Positions 1 through 13,100 of a stretch of 64,000 nt of DNA are shown here, piece after piece. How positions within the stretch are numbered: position 1 is the stretch's first letter; each line of letters opens with the position of its first letter. The stretch comes from Tubulanus polymorphus (taxonomy: Eukaryota; Animalia; Nemertea). Below the pieces are notes generated by a model. It saw only the letters and a program-made list of their open reading frames with translations. It searched no databases and was not told where the DNA came from. The stretch spans positions 4,588,001-4,652,000 of the forward strand of contig NC_134031.1 in the NCBI RefSeq assembly GCF_964204645.1. Direction: 5' to 3'. The position numbers were made by a program, and so were the translations under genes.

Positions 1-37
1 ACACATGTACGTATATTTCATTATGACGAGAGTGATC

Positions 38-43
38 TTTATT
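38..43 (-). terminator. Polyadenylation signal AATAAA of the toxin-like gene
   Basis: tttatt on + at 38-43, about 60 nt after the stop codon. Confidence 0.55.
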
Positions 44-103
44 TTTTTTCTTATCTAAGCTCATCATGATGAGGCCCGTCACCGGAAAGGGTCCAAATAA
101 TGA

Positions 104-264
104 TTAACCCTTTTTGCAACACGTAAATACCAAACCAGATATTCCACACTTACTCCATCCACTCTTGTGGCAGCCGACAAAGTAGAAAATTGTACCAGCG
201 AAAGTACCTTTAGGATCACCGAAACATGCACACGCGGTTCTTCTGAATCTCTCATGAACTAATT
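104..264 (-). CDS. Toxin/defensin-like gene, exon 3 (end of propeptide, RFRR, whole mature peptide)
   Basis: Acceptor ttcttccag. Open frame ELVHERFRR TACAC...CCKKG, stop TAA at 104-106. Confidence 0.85.
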
Positions 265-921
265 CTGGAAGAATACAAGCATAATGAATCAGCGCCTGAT
301 TCTGCGTGGTTTGATTTGTTACGTAAAGGCAATTGGTGTAATAATCTTTTTAAATTTCTATTTCACAGTTTAAAACAATCTTGTTAACCTAGCTAAACAT
401 TTCTAATCATAATTTCGTTAAATTTTTTGGTAACGCGCCTACGTATATACATCTTTTTAATGTTCCGATGACATTCAAGAATTAAGAAAAATGATAGACG
501 ATTTCATTTTCAGTTGAATTGGATTTACAAACCTAGATTAAAGCTACTGATGTGGCACTAATTTGTCAGGGAAACAATGTAAGTGGAATTTAAAAAACCT
601 TGCTTACCTTCGGAAATGTCCTTTGCCGCAACTCCAGCAATGACTACTGCAACTATAACAATCAAAATAAAGACCTGTAATGAAATGAATCTGAAATGTA
701 ATGGATTCGGTATTGCGAAAGTTGCAGGAAACGACTTAAGGTTTGAGTAGTTTAAAGGCCCGGACACACTGGGCGATTTCGTCGCCCGACGAAATCGCCG
801 GTAAAATCGCCCAGTGTGTCCGCGGCTTTAGAGTCAAAATGGACGAATCTCTATTCGTCGAAATCTGGATATCGAGTCAACGTTCAACTAAGGAATTCGC
901 TATTGGTTTACTTACCTTCAT
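104..921 (-). CDS. Secreted cysteine-rich prepropeptide (77 aa), sea-anemone-toxin/beta-defensin-like fold; join(916-921,608-674,104-264)
   Basis: caaaATGAAG|gtaagt; ttacag|exon 2|gtaagc; ttccag|exon 3 to TAA. Phases are consistent (0,1). Translation: MKVFILIVIVAVVIAGVAAKDISEELVHERFRR-TACACFGDPKGTFAGTIFYFVGCHKSGWSKCGISGLVFTCCKKG*. AATAAA at 38-43 on the minus strand. Confidence 0.85.
608..674 (-). CDS. Toxin/defensin-like gene, exon 2 (signal peptide)
   Basis: ttacag|VFILIVIVAVVIAGVAAKDISE|gtaagc; hydrophobic core ending in a V-A-A signal-peptidase-type site. Confidence 0.8.
756..827. mobile_element. Tiny fold-back MITE (PIF/Harbinger-like) in intron 1 of the toxin-like gene
   Basis: About 24-bp TIRs, aggcccggacacactgggcgattt / aaatcgcccagtgtgtccgcggct, flanked by TAA and TTA. 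Confidence 0.65.
916..921 (-). CDS. Toxin/defensin-like gene, coding part of exon 1 (MK)
   Basis: cacaaaATGAAG followed by the consensus donor gtaagt; an MK-only first coding exon is a common layout for secreted peptides. Confidence 0.7.
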
Positions 922-929
922 TTTGTGAA

Positions 930-990
930 TTCAGTTGACTGCTTTTCGAAACTCGAATAAATACAGCCTGAATTTCATAGCTAATATAGT
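930..990 (-). promoter_or_regulatory. Putative core promoter of the toxin-like gene
   Basis: TATTTAT (957-963) and an Inr-like CAGTCA (936-941) on the minus strand, just upstream of the ATG. Confidence 0.3.
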
Positions 991-1614
991 GGTTCGTAAT
1001 GATGATGATGACAGTGATCAGTTAATGAAAAGTCGGATAATCCTTTTCTAATATGACAGCCACTCACATGCAACAGTTGTAGTTTGGTAACAGGATTGAA
1101 GGATTAATAATTTTCGATCTAGGGTTCTCTAAGGGTATGCAAAATGCTTTACAATCAGACCATTTCAATATTCAACGCACCCTGGTGAACTCGCCATGAA
1201 CTTGTCATCAGCTATTCCATGAAGAAGTTTCCAGCTTCTAGGCGCCATTTTGAGGCGGTCCCTCGAGGTCCCCATTGTTTCGATAATATTCACTCCTTTT
1301 TGAAACATAAGTTTTAATTGAATATCATTTAGCTCTGCAGTCCCTTGTTTGGTGAATATAATTCATATACCATATTGAAGGGAATAAAACGCAGATCATT
1401 GCTGGTGATTCTTGGGATTTTCAATCAATTGAGATTTGCGAAAAGAAATCTCAAAAATAAAAATCTTGTGCTGGTTTGTAATTATTAATATTGCATTCTG
1501 AGTTATATGTTAGCATTACTTTCGTTTAGTTGAAAATGGCCAAAATGGCGCACGAAGATTGATTTTGTGTATATATTATCATTAAATATATATTTATATT
1601 ATTATTAAATATAT

Positions 1615-1945
<331 letters not shown>

Positions 1946-3334
1946 TAATACCTGTAGAGATAAGCTAAAGGATGATTCATGAATCGGAATTTACACTTTA
2001 AATCCCATAGAATAAATGATTAACGTTGCAATATCCCCTTATCGGTTTCAACGATTTACTTGCAACATGAAACTTATGCTTATTTGTCAACCTATCGGTA
2101 AGTCTTCATCATTGTATGATGGACGATTGTCCACTGCTGGCCCTTTCAAATCTAAAAGTCTACTGTAACTTTTTACTTTCGTCAGACGATCGATTGGGAT
2201 GTGCTGTTACGTCACGTGAATAACATGTTGGAGTACAGGTGAACGAAACCCACTATCAATGCTCACCAAAATACATTTGATTTAGAATGAAGAATCCACA
2301 TCGATGATTAATTGTTCAATTTACTTTAATTGTCTCATTATTCATGTATTTATTTACATTTTGAAGGTTTGCGTTAGTGAAAAATTTACATGTTTATTTT
2401 TCAATATTGTCGAGTTAGTTTTAGATACGTACAAATCTATTTACACAATTCTATAGTTACATATGCACGATTGTGTTAATCGATCTACATGAAACTAATC
2501 AATAAATAATCCGATATCGAGGTAGACATGTGGAGATGAAATAATACAAGTTACAACGTCTGTCGTTATGCTACTTGAAAACAGAGCCTAAAAATGCCGG
2601 GGCTAAGTCTCTAATACTGCCACGTAACGAATCATCCTCGTTTGCCAGTCTTCGGGTCCCCTTGATGCGAACTGGTCGCGTCATTGCAAGTTTCGAGGGA
2701 GACAGCCAATGTTTTGGGAGCGCGGATCGAACATAATCGACTGTTGGGTCGTATTTTTGCTAAAAAATTGATCAGATACCCTATATAATCTTGATAAGCT
2801 AGCTAAAGATTTCAGATTTTAAGTTATAAGCTGCATAGATGTACAATGCTGTTTCATTTCACAAAAACTCTAGTAATTCGTAAATGGATATACGTACAGC
2901 TACTATGAACGTTAAATTATGTACATATGAATGTGCATACACATATATACGCACCAAATAGCACAGCCCAGAGCTTGCAGTACAGGTACACAACTAAACT
3001 GTTCAAATACCCGCTTTATAACAATGAGTAATCCGTCCCTAACAAGTCGGATGACAGTCATGCTTGTCCCGTCATCACTAGATACGATTCAGTATCCATC
3101 GTTGCTGTGATGATTTGGAAAATAGTTCTTAACCTGTAATCTTAACGTCAACTTGTTATTTGTTAAATGAATGTCCAACGTAGATGTTGTCTTACAGTTG
3201 CTTCTTTTCTGGCGGCGCGAGAAACGTCTTTGCATATTAACTGAATTTCTTGTTCTGATCGCTGAGTTCTTGAAGGCACGAGTCCCTGACATTTTTCATC
3301 AAAGTTCGGGCGAATGTTCGAATGCCTCCTCGGT

Positions 3335-3802
3335 TCATAAACACGTATGCTCTTCAATTTCGCGCGTGCACTGTTTACACTTAACGTAACAACACCAGTA
3401 AAACTTGCAGTGACATCGTTCCGTTATCACTTTCCGCCTGGTTCTGAATCCACGACCGCAACACATTAGATCACAACCGTCCATTGCTTTGGAACTTTTA
3501 TTACAGAACCGGCCGTACGTACCCAGGGAGCCAGTTTTATTGTCTTTTTCGCAGAAATCTGGCGAGGCGGCCATATAGACGACGTCCGCAGTCGTGTGAG
3601 GTTTGTATTGTTTTTTGAGCGGTACCAACTGACGCCTGGTGCCGACTTTGCGTTCGACTACCTCGGTGGCACCGTCGAATTTCTCCTTGAGTACATTTCC
3701 GATGACCCGAAACGTTGGCATCGATCTCCAACAAGTCTTCAGTTCACAAGATCCGGAAACCCCATGACATTTGCACTTAGTTTTCATATTTTCTACGATC
3801 GA
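3335..3802 (-). CDS. Wnt4: Wnt4 last coding exon
   Basis: ttttcag|[19 protein letters not shown]...EEHTCL*; contains the lipidated-Ser motif CHGVSGSC. Confidence 0.95.
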   Translation of the reverse strand, partial: SIVENMKTKCKCHGVSGSCELKTCWRSMPTFRVIGNVLKEKFDGATEVVERKVGTRRQLVPLKKQYKPHTTADVVYMAASPDFCEKDNKTGSLGTYGRFCNKSSKAMDGCDLMCCGRGFRTRRKVITERCHCKFYWCCYVKCKQCTREIEEHTCL

Positions 3803-6800
3803 CTGAAAAATACAAAACAATAAACTATATTAATAATGATAATAATAATGATGATAAACGTGATCAGCTTGAAATACAAAATATGCTCAGGTATTACATA
3901 ACGACGAACAAATAGGTTTGAGATTTAAATGAAAAACATCGATTGAAGAACTTAATTTTAACAGACTATCGTTGAAATGGACACCTTTTTCAAAAGCTTG
4001 ATAGCCAGTTGTTACTAGCATCAGTACAGGTGTAAAAATTGCTCGATTAGACTATATTCAGAATGAAATTGTAATAGATGGAGATAGATGGTCAGTCAGT
4101 TCATTGATAAGAGAGGTGATTGAGATAAACGAGACGCGCAAATTATCTCCATCAGTATCTGTGGACTAATTAACTCGTAACCCCCCCCCCCGCAACTGAG
4201 CGTCGATAGGCGACCATTTTAAAATCGACATCGAAAACATTTTTCAGCATTTTAGAAGTTTGTTGCGTGTAAACATATAAATCATCGGATGTTCCAGGAC
4301 GCCGTGGTGTATTGTTAAACAGTAGACGTAGAGCTGACTATCTATTCTTGTAAAAGGTGAGTAAAGTTATGTACTGGCCCTCGGGATAAAGATGTCGAGT
4401 TTTGTGTTGAACACGTTAAAGCGGTGACTACTACATTTAACATTTATCTTCATCGCTTCAAATAAATGATCTCTTCGTTGCCAGTCTATTTATCACTGTC
4501 AACATAACCCGGCGCTGATTTGTTCGAAGCAACCAGACGGGTAGGATAGCTGTCTTCGGCCTTATGTTACCGGACGCCTGATGTTTTTGATAAAGCAGCT
4601 CAGAAGCGCGGTTTGACACCAAAAAAATCATGTTCTAAGAAAATTCTAGAAACGATGCAGATTTCGAATGACTTCGTGAGTTTTCTGGGCTTTTTGGTCT
4701 TCATTTCTCCTTAAAATTCGACTCATTCCTTCATATCGAAAGTTCAATATTTCGTTGTGTGTAAAAACTCTGAATTTCCAGGATTCGCCGATTCGAGAAA
4801 TTAAGCACATTGCGCTGGAATTTAGGGCAGTTGCTGAATTTTCAATGCAGCATGAGAAGGGAATGGCTTCGGTTAGTCGGGAAAGCGGCATTGACTGGGA
4901 AGTTGATTAATTGCTGTTTTATGAGGTGAGTTAATCATACTGTGACGTAGCTTATCGAGAACATATTCAAACATGAAATCCGTATAGATTATAAACCATC
5001 AGACTTTCTATCGACTTTCAATATGCGGCGGTGCTTTCATGAACCCTCCTAAAACTGGTTCCTTACCGCAGCAGAAGTAAGCTCGTAAGATTGCGGTTAC
5101 GCAAAGATGCGAAGGGAACATTTTTCTAGCATATTGATCATCGCACAGTTTCCCTTCACGCGTTTAGAAATTAAGCTTAGGTGCCTAATTTTCTTTATCT
5201 ATAACCGTAAGAATTCCGGGCCGAAGTTTGGAAATATGGATTATGTATGGGTGCGTGAATACTTAGAGATAATCTATCGGTTTATTTAGCACGAAGCGCG
5301 TGGTCTCTCGAGAAAGCGGCGATAAAACAAGGATTTGTAAACAGGCTCCGAGTAGAATCAAAAGCTTTGTTTAATCAGCTCGCAGATAGCGCCGGAGAAA
5401 TTCTCAATCAAATCGACGACATGTTTTCATTCCTTTATATAAAAAAATTCTGATTTGTTGATGTTTGCAGGTTGCAGATATGAAATGAGAGGACTATTGA
5501 ACGAAAAGAGGGTGTATGCCCTAGTGCATTTACAGACCAACGATGCAGCTTATATCACCAAAAGGCTTTCGAGAATTATGGATGTTGAAAACGTTAATGA
5601 AATAGCAAATTCCAATTCACAACTTTAAAAAAATAATGATATGATGATATCAATATTGAATTGTCTAAATTCTTAAGTTTTTAGATCTCAAACAGAATTG
5701 AATCAAACAATCAAGACAGTGTCGCGAGCACACAGACCAAACTTTTAGAAGACGTTCAGGGTGAAACCGGTTGGAAATATTGAGGAAGATACGCGATGTT
5801 TTCCTACACGGGTTTGGTATCACTCAAGATAAAATATCCGATAAACTTTACTATAACACGTATTTTTTACTAAATGTATTAGTCGAATACTGCTCTCTGT
5901 GAAAGTGATTTTTAGCGCACCGATGCTATCCATTTGCACTGATGAGAAATCGCCTGTATTCGTGTTTCTGATCCATAGAACTAGACAGTAATAGATGGAA
6001 AATAAATTGCGCCGTCGCTTCGAACAACATTGATGGAAATTTACGAACTTTCTCTTAACTGAAGACGGACAGTGCACTTATGATATCTCAACTGACGATT
6101 AAGTTCAATCAATGCTATCGTTATTCTATTTACTATCAATGAATTACGACTTTTGAGCAGACGATAGCACAGGGACTTTTCACAATTGATAGTGAATGAA
6201 TAAAGCCAGTATCAATGACCGACCCCAGTATCCCTGTATAATAAAAAAACAAGGGTGGCAACTAATCGTCTATCTGAAAATTACCTCTCCGCTTCAATCG
6301 ACTGTAATTCCAAAAATTCTTAACCGAATCGCATAGAATTAGCTTAATTTAAACTAGAAGACTTTCTGCTTCCAACGAGCCTTTAACCACCACTCTACGC
6401 CAAATTTCTCATAATGTGATCGGCGTTTATTAACGGGAGATAGCTCAAAATGGAGGTGTACAGATTCTATGGTGGACAGCAAAAATGGCAGGTTTTTCAC
6501 TTCAAACAATGATTTCTATGTGACATCTTTGAGGTAACAAAGGACTCGATCCGTACCAGTGCCTTTGCCGTTCTTTGTAACTAACTATCTTATATCCGTA
6601 TAGAAATAGAAAAAGGGTAGTCGTAAAGGCATTTATTTGACGAAAGAAAGAAACTAAGGAAAGTCTTTGACGAAACCTGATTACAATATTTGGAATTGAT
6701 AAATGCCAGTTTTTACCAGCATTTGATACATACCCGTCTGCCAGCCTCGTTATTATGTAGATTCATCAGCGCTCGACTTGTTTTCGCCATTCGTTTACTT

Positions 6801-9800
6801 TTTTCTCGAGAGTCGACGAAAGCCTTGCAGAACGCTGCCCCGTACGCCACGTTATCCGAGCAGCCGGCCCATTCAAAACCTAGATGACTCTTCCCTCGGA
6901 TACTGCGATCGCATCCGCATTTTTGTAACTGCCCACTGCTGCAGGCCCGCGTGACCGCGTGCGCCACCGCTGCAGACGATATCGAATGCACGAACGCCGC
7001 TTCTCTTGTTCCTGCGAGAAAAAAAAACGAAAAAAATAAACCTTCTTGAAAAATAAACGTTCAAACCATGGGTTTGATTATGACATTTAAATATTCAAAC
7101 GTCTTATTGAAAAACGCATAGCTGTATAAAACTAAATGAATATTTGTTGTCCAGAAAATTACAGCTAAAGTGCTTTTTGCGGTGATCCAGGGCTGATTTT
7201 TGTAATTCTGAATTCTAGAAGGATTATTCAGGTGAAGTAGACTACGAGGAAAGAAGGTGAAAAGAAAAAAAAGAAAAGACTAAAAGAAAAGTTTCTAGAT
7301 GAGTGATTGGTGAGCTCTCTATCATATACTGCTATAGGATACCAGACGAAACTAATATATACGTTTCATTCAGACATGCGAAAATCCAAGAAAATCATTT
7401 GATATTTCCTTCATCAATGTATGGTTTTCGAAGTAGAATTTTCCACCAGAGGGCTAGAAAATTACGAGTACATAGACATTTTGAGGAATTTCAACGGTAT
7501 GCTTTTGAGATTCCGATTTTCTTTGATGTAACAAAGTTGAAGATGTAGTTTTCACTTTTTTGATTCAACAAACGCGACGCAAGCCCTCGTCGGCGTTCAT
7601 AAAAACAAAACGCTATCGGCGGCTGCGCGAACCGTCGATATGATTGATTGCGGTTCGAACTATTTATTAACGATTCATCCCAAATCTTCAAACAACTAAC
7701 ATGCTAAATACAACATCTACTAACATCCAAACACGATTGACACTACATATTCGAACCGAAGAATCTAAGGCGGGCCTTCCTTTATACACGGGATTCAACT
7801 GTGGCATTCGAGTCTTAAAATCAGGAAACAGTATTAGAGACACATTATCATGCTATATATACAGTAATTTTTGTTTTCTAAGAAATCCCCAGCCCCCGCC
7901 ATCGTCAAATATTCCACCTACACCGTGCATTCAGTTTCGAGAACTTATTTTACTCATTTGTGAGAATGTCAATGCCGGTGATAAATCGATGGTGTTGATG
8001 AAGATGGGGGCGGGAAAATTGCGAGATAGATCTTTCTAATGGTGTATATACTGCTCGAGATGGTTTGACTCATATTCACCTGGTTTTGTATGGTGTTGCG
8101 GGAAACCTGTAAAAAAGTTATAGTTTTTAACGGAAAATAATTTATCGACACCAAACGAATTCATGCGGAGTATTACGACCAAAACTATTCGCTCTGTTCC
8201 TTTAAAACATGGTTTATTTTTCAGGATCGCCTGTAAAACAAATTACGGTTAATGTTTTTCACCATATATCAACCGGACGCGTTTGATTTATGCGTGTGTC
8301 ATTTGGCGATGCACACCAACCAAACGAAGACTTCAACTGAGTCACCACCGCGGAAGGCTCGGTTTTAGAGCGACGCAGGCGTGCACGGATAGTTTATGGG
8401 TTTTCTAGAATCATCGCGGTCAAATATTGGTCAACGGAAGCGAACTTTAGAGACTTTTTAGTTCTAACTTGGCAGTTTAAAGACGTTTATTGATGTGTTT
8501 TACCGGCTAAGTATTGTAGTTGCGTTGATGTCAGAAAACAAAAACCGCATACAATTTCAACTCCGTATGTCGCGGAATCGTCTCATAGACCGCCAGCGTT
8601 TAACCTCGAATTCATATCGAACTGTAGTGTTATATTATTATGCCCATGCCTAGTTTATAGACAGTGGTTTTTAGGACGATCGTTTTCTTAACTTACTTTC
8701 GAAAATTAGACGACATTTGAATGAAGACCTGACAGTATTCCATTGAATGTGTTAAAAATGCCCGCGTTTACAGGCTCAAAAGACTAGTACCGAATTTCGT
8801 CAAGTTTTTTCGACAACAGAAACACTGAGATGCTGTAGAGTTAGGTTCCATTCAGGTTTAAATAGTAGATTCGTTACGACGTGTAGGTTAAAATGTCGGA
8901 CATATCAAAGGAATTGACTACGATTAAATTCTGGTATATAGGCGTCGTTTAAATAGCCCCCAATTGATCAAATTCGTTTCCATTGAAAATTAAATTCTCG
9001 GACACAATCTCGTGCTTTGTGTAACATTTTATGACCTTTGAATAATCAATGCGCATTACTGTCCGCGCGGTTAAAAGAGTGTCCTTCTGGTTTCAAACTT
9101 CAGAATGAAATGGCATTAAATCTTTTCTGATTCCACATTCTGCTGGTGGTGAAGTGACTCGTGTAGCCGCGACCTGGCCATTTCCCAGTATTCCCAGATA
9201 TTGCTTGCAGAATAACAACACCATCCAAAGCCCGGCGTCTTGTACATCAAAACATAGCACTTCCACTTAACGTCGAAACTACGTCGTCGTAAATTCGGTA
9301 TTTAACAACGGTTTTGCACGTTTTCGCGTGTTTTAAAGCCTTGATTTGGGAGGTATTTTACGGCCGGTTAACATCCTGTAGTCGCATGTACATAAAATAG
9401 CACTTCTTCTTAACTCTTGTTTATCGCCAACCGATTTCATCTTTTATTGACTAAGGAGAGTTTATCACCCTCACCCGTGCTCCCCAGCACTCAACACTCG
9501 CTAATTTACCTTTCAATGTATTTACAAAAAAATATATTTCATCGTAGACGAACCCTTATCCTGAGTACAAAGTCTCTAACTTGATTCTAACGATCAGTAA
9601 CTATTTGTAACTTACGCTTAATAAGATGAAAATAGATATAGCTGAATAATATATTCATTTTGTAAAATATAATTTCTTCTCTAATCTTGACAATTGATCT
9701 ATATACAATATTCACCGAGTAAAAATATGTAACCTGAATATACTGTGCAGTTGTTTGAATTAACTGACAGATATTTGACATTAATGTGATTTGTTATGAT

Positions 9801-10030
9801 ATAATATAGTAGGGAGGTCCTTTCGATAAATGGATATCCGGGGATTTTCTAGTATATTGTACGATGATATTTGCTGTTAAACAAACTTTCAGTATTTGAC
9901 GACTGTTGAACTTTGATAAACCTTAGTTTTATTTACGCTGAATAATTCGTGATTGATAATCATTCGCGGAACCCGTTAAACGATTTTTCCGTCTGCAGGA
10001 GATAGATTCGGTTATTCTTATTTCCACTTC

Positions 10031-10119
<89 letters not shown>

Positions 10120-13100
10120 GCGAGTATGGGACAAGAAATTACGAGAAGAGAAGTTTCTTACCGGCTTTCAAGACGTTACCATATATATTTTTGGCATTGA
10201 CTGTGCTGCAGTTCCAGCGACGCAATCTGAACTGATATTGACACTCCTCGATCGCCAGATGGGCGCCCTTTTTGACGCTTTCCATCACTTCGATATTTTC
10301 GCGGCAAATTCGCCGTTGTCTTTTTACTAATCCTTTTAATTTGTCGCACATACGAACAGTTTTTAAGTTCACTAAATCCGCCGCCTGGGTCCCGAGCGCC
10401 CTAGAAAAAGATTAAAATATATTGAAAATAAATGAATCAATGAAATATGTAGGCGTTAACATTGATAAGCTTTTATTCTATTGATTATAATGACATTACT
10501 GAATATAGTCAATACGGGCGTTAAGTTTTAGATTCAGAATTGGAATTCATAATAATGAGATATGACCTCAGTCAGACTGGAAAGAATTTGGCTATACGAG
10601 TTGATATAATCGCGTTTGATAAGAAGCCGATGTGAGAAAGGAGAGGGAGAGAGGAGAAGGGGGATATATATGTAGGGTCACTGTCAGTGATAATGATTAA
10701 TCTCACTGACTGAGATGCACCCATCAGCCTTACCTATGATGAATGGCGTACATACAACTACCGACAACCGGCTACAAAACTAAACCTGAAGACTTTTTCC
10801 TGTTCGCTTACAAGTGGTTTAGAGAACCTTATACAAGGGTGCATACTTATTCTGTGTTGCAACCCGCCGAACATAAGTGAAACATCCCGATTAATCGAAA
10901 AATAAAACCAATTTCTAAATCTGATGATCATATCTTTTTTTTTCAATTTCGTTTATTTGACTATAGCGGGAGTCCGACCTGACTTTCGGTGAAACCCCAG
11001 ACGTAAACAATATGAGGTTCAACCGTTAAGCATATTTGCGATAGTCCCAAACATATTTGGATTGTGAGTTTATAGCGATTCATATGAACCTAGATATCAG
11101 GACTAAATGTTACATTTCTGGACATTCTCCCAATGGGAAAACATTGCATATTTCAAGTTGTGTATTTTTGGAGCATATATTCGATGTTTCCTTTAAAAAT
11201 CAATTTGACACGTTCGGATGCCAAGCGCGCTCATAAAAGAAAACTCGACAATTCCAAGAGCTCGGTGAACTTTGGCACAGTTAAATGTTTCAAATAGTTT
11301 GGTAATTTTTCAAGTTTTATGAGAACGAACACAATCAAACTGACGTATCATTAGTAAACGATTGTCACTTTAATCGCCGTGTTCTTTCGCAAATACCGTA
11401 ATCGCTCTAGAAATATCGACTATATCAATATCTGCGAAGCTGCCATTCGTTGCCTATGGACATTTTTTGGATAGTTTACGGTGGTTTTGGACAAGTCTAA
11501 GGAACGGCTTCTCACGAATTAATCAGTGCTTTTGTCTTGTGACAACGACGTGACTGATTGACAAAATATTCAGTCAACATTATATCGTCTGCTCTCTGCA
11601 GAGATAAACCATGAATATTACAACTGCGCCTATGCATGTATTAGTATGATATATACCTTATATTTATCTTTAAATCGGGCAAGAATTTATTGTCTATGCG
11701 GGATTTTGGGACAGTGGCAATTTATGCACAAACATCGCTAAATCAAATTCCGCTCAGAATATATGATTTAGATACTTGTGCCAATTCCGATTTCATTTGA
11801 ATATTTTTGACAGCATAAATTCCACCAAGACCCTTGCCTTTCATTAACTACAGCAAACTTGTGGCACCAGATTTAGATCGATTTAGAAATTTACCAGAAT
11901 TGGTGGTAGTGAAAAATGTTAATTTTGATATTAAAGTCGGAAATTCTTCGTCGAGACAGTGATTTATAACGAAAGGTATAAAACATTGACGAGCTCGGGA
12001 GTTCAGAGATTAACAAAACGGCCGTATTTTATGGGTTTTCTGTGCAGTGAAGTGTCATCTAACTACGCACCGGCCTGTTTTCACCGGGCACAATGCGCTG
12101 GGCAGTTTTTATGACTGGGAGACATAATAGCTATCTCCCTAACGGGCCCTGTTGATATAAACCGCTCTAAAAGCTAAATTGATACAATAAAATTCGTATA
12201 AGATTTCTGACCCCAACGACCGTGCGATATTGTTTAGTGACCAATAAAGTAATTTCTTCTTGTCGCGTAACACTGCTAATTTGCGCTGAGTTTACGATTT
12301 TCCCACACTTTTCGCCCACGTAATTACGTATGTATCTTTATTCTTCTTTCTCAAAGTGTACACTACACTTGTTTGACAGATAATCGAAACTACATATTCT
12401 TACAAAATAATCTAATATAAGATTACATATTGAAAGAATAGAAATATCGAGTTGATGGGGTAGGCCTAGCTATACTTTTACAAGTGATTCATTTTATAGA
12501 AGAAATCCTGCAACGTAATCGTGCAATTTTTCTCGATTCAAATGAAATATCTAACCTAATTGCCTTGTATTCAATAACTAAGAGAATGAAATTGAAAATT
12601 AGAAATCATATTCGTATATGATTTTTTATTTTCATTCTATTAATTTTCATTCATTTTAAGTAAGATTGGATTTGAATTGAATGTACGGCCTATCGAGTTG
12701 GCAACTCTTGGTTTTTCAACAAAACATTCGAACTAGCTTGCCGGTAAAATTCAGAATGCACATAAATCTCCCCCCAAAACACGTATTTCATGGATATATC
12801 GAGTTTTAATTTCATAGGCGTGAAATCGGCTCAATAAAAACCCGAGCAATAAAAAATATATGCTACACATGATTATTGTTTGATTTATCGGCAAAGTATA
12901 ATAACTCCTAATCGTTCTATTAATATATCATCAACCACTCGTAAAGGTACAAAATTTTGCACACGAATAAACTAGATTTGAATGTGAAAATACATTGTTT
13001 TTATGAGATGAGGCTGGAAATGGACACTATAAATAATATTCTCGCGGCGGATATATCGAATGAGGTTTTGACGGGAGATCTGTGCATCGGTACAATACGT

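Noticed and set aside
148-153. Consensus donor gtaagt inside the toxin-like exon 3
   Set aside because: Reading through gives the complete six-Cys peptide, a stop and a polyA signal; splicing here would remove half the cysteines.
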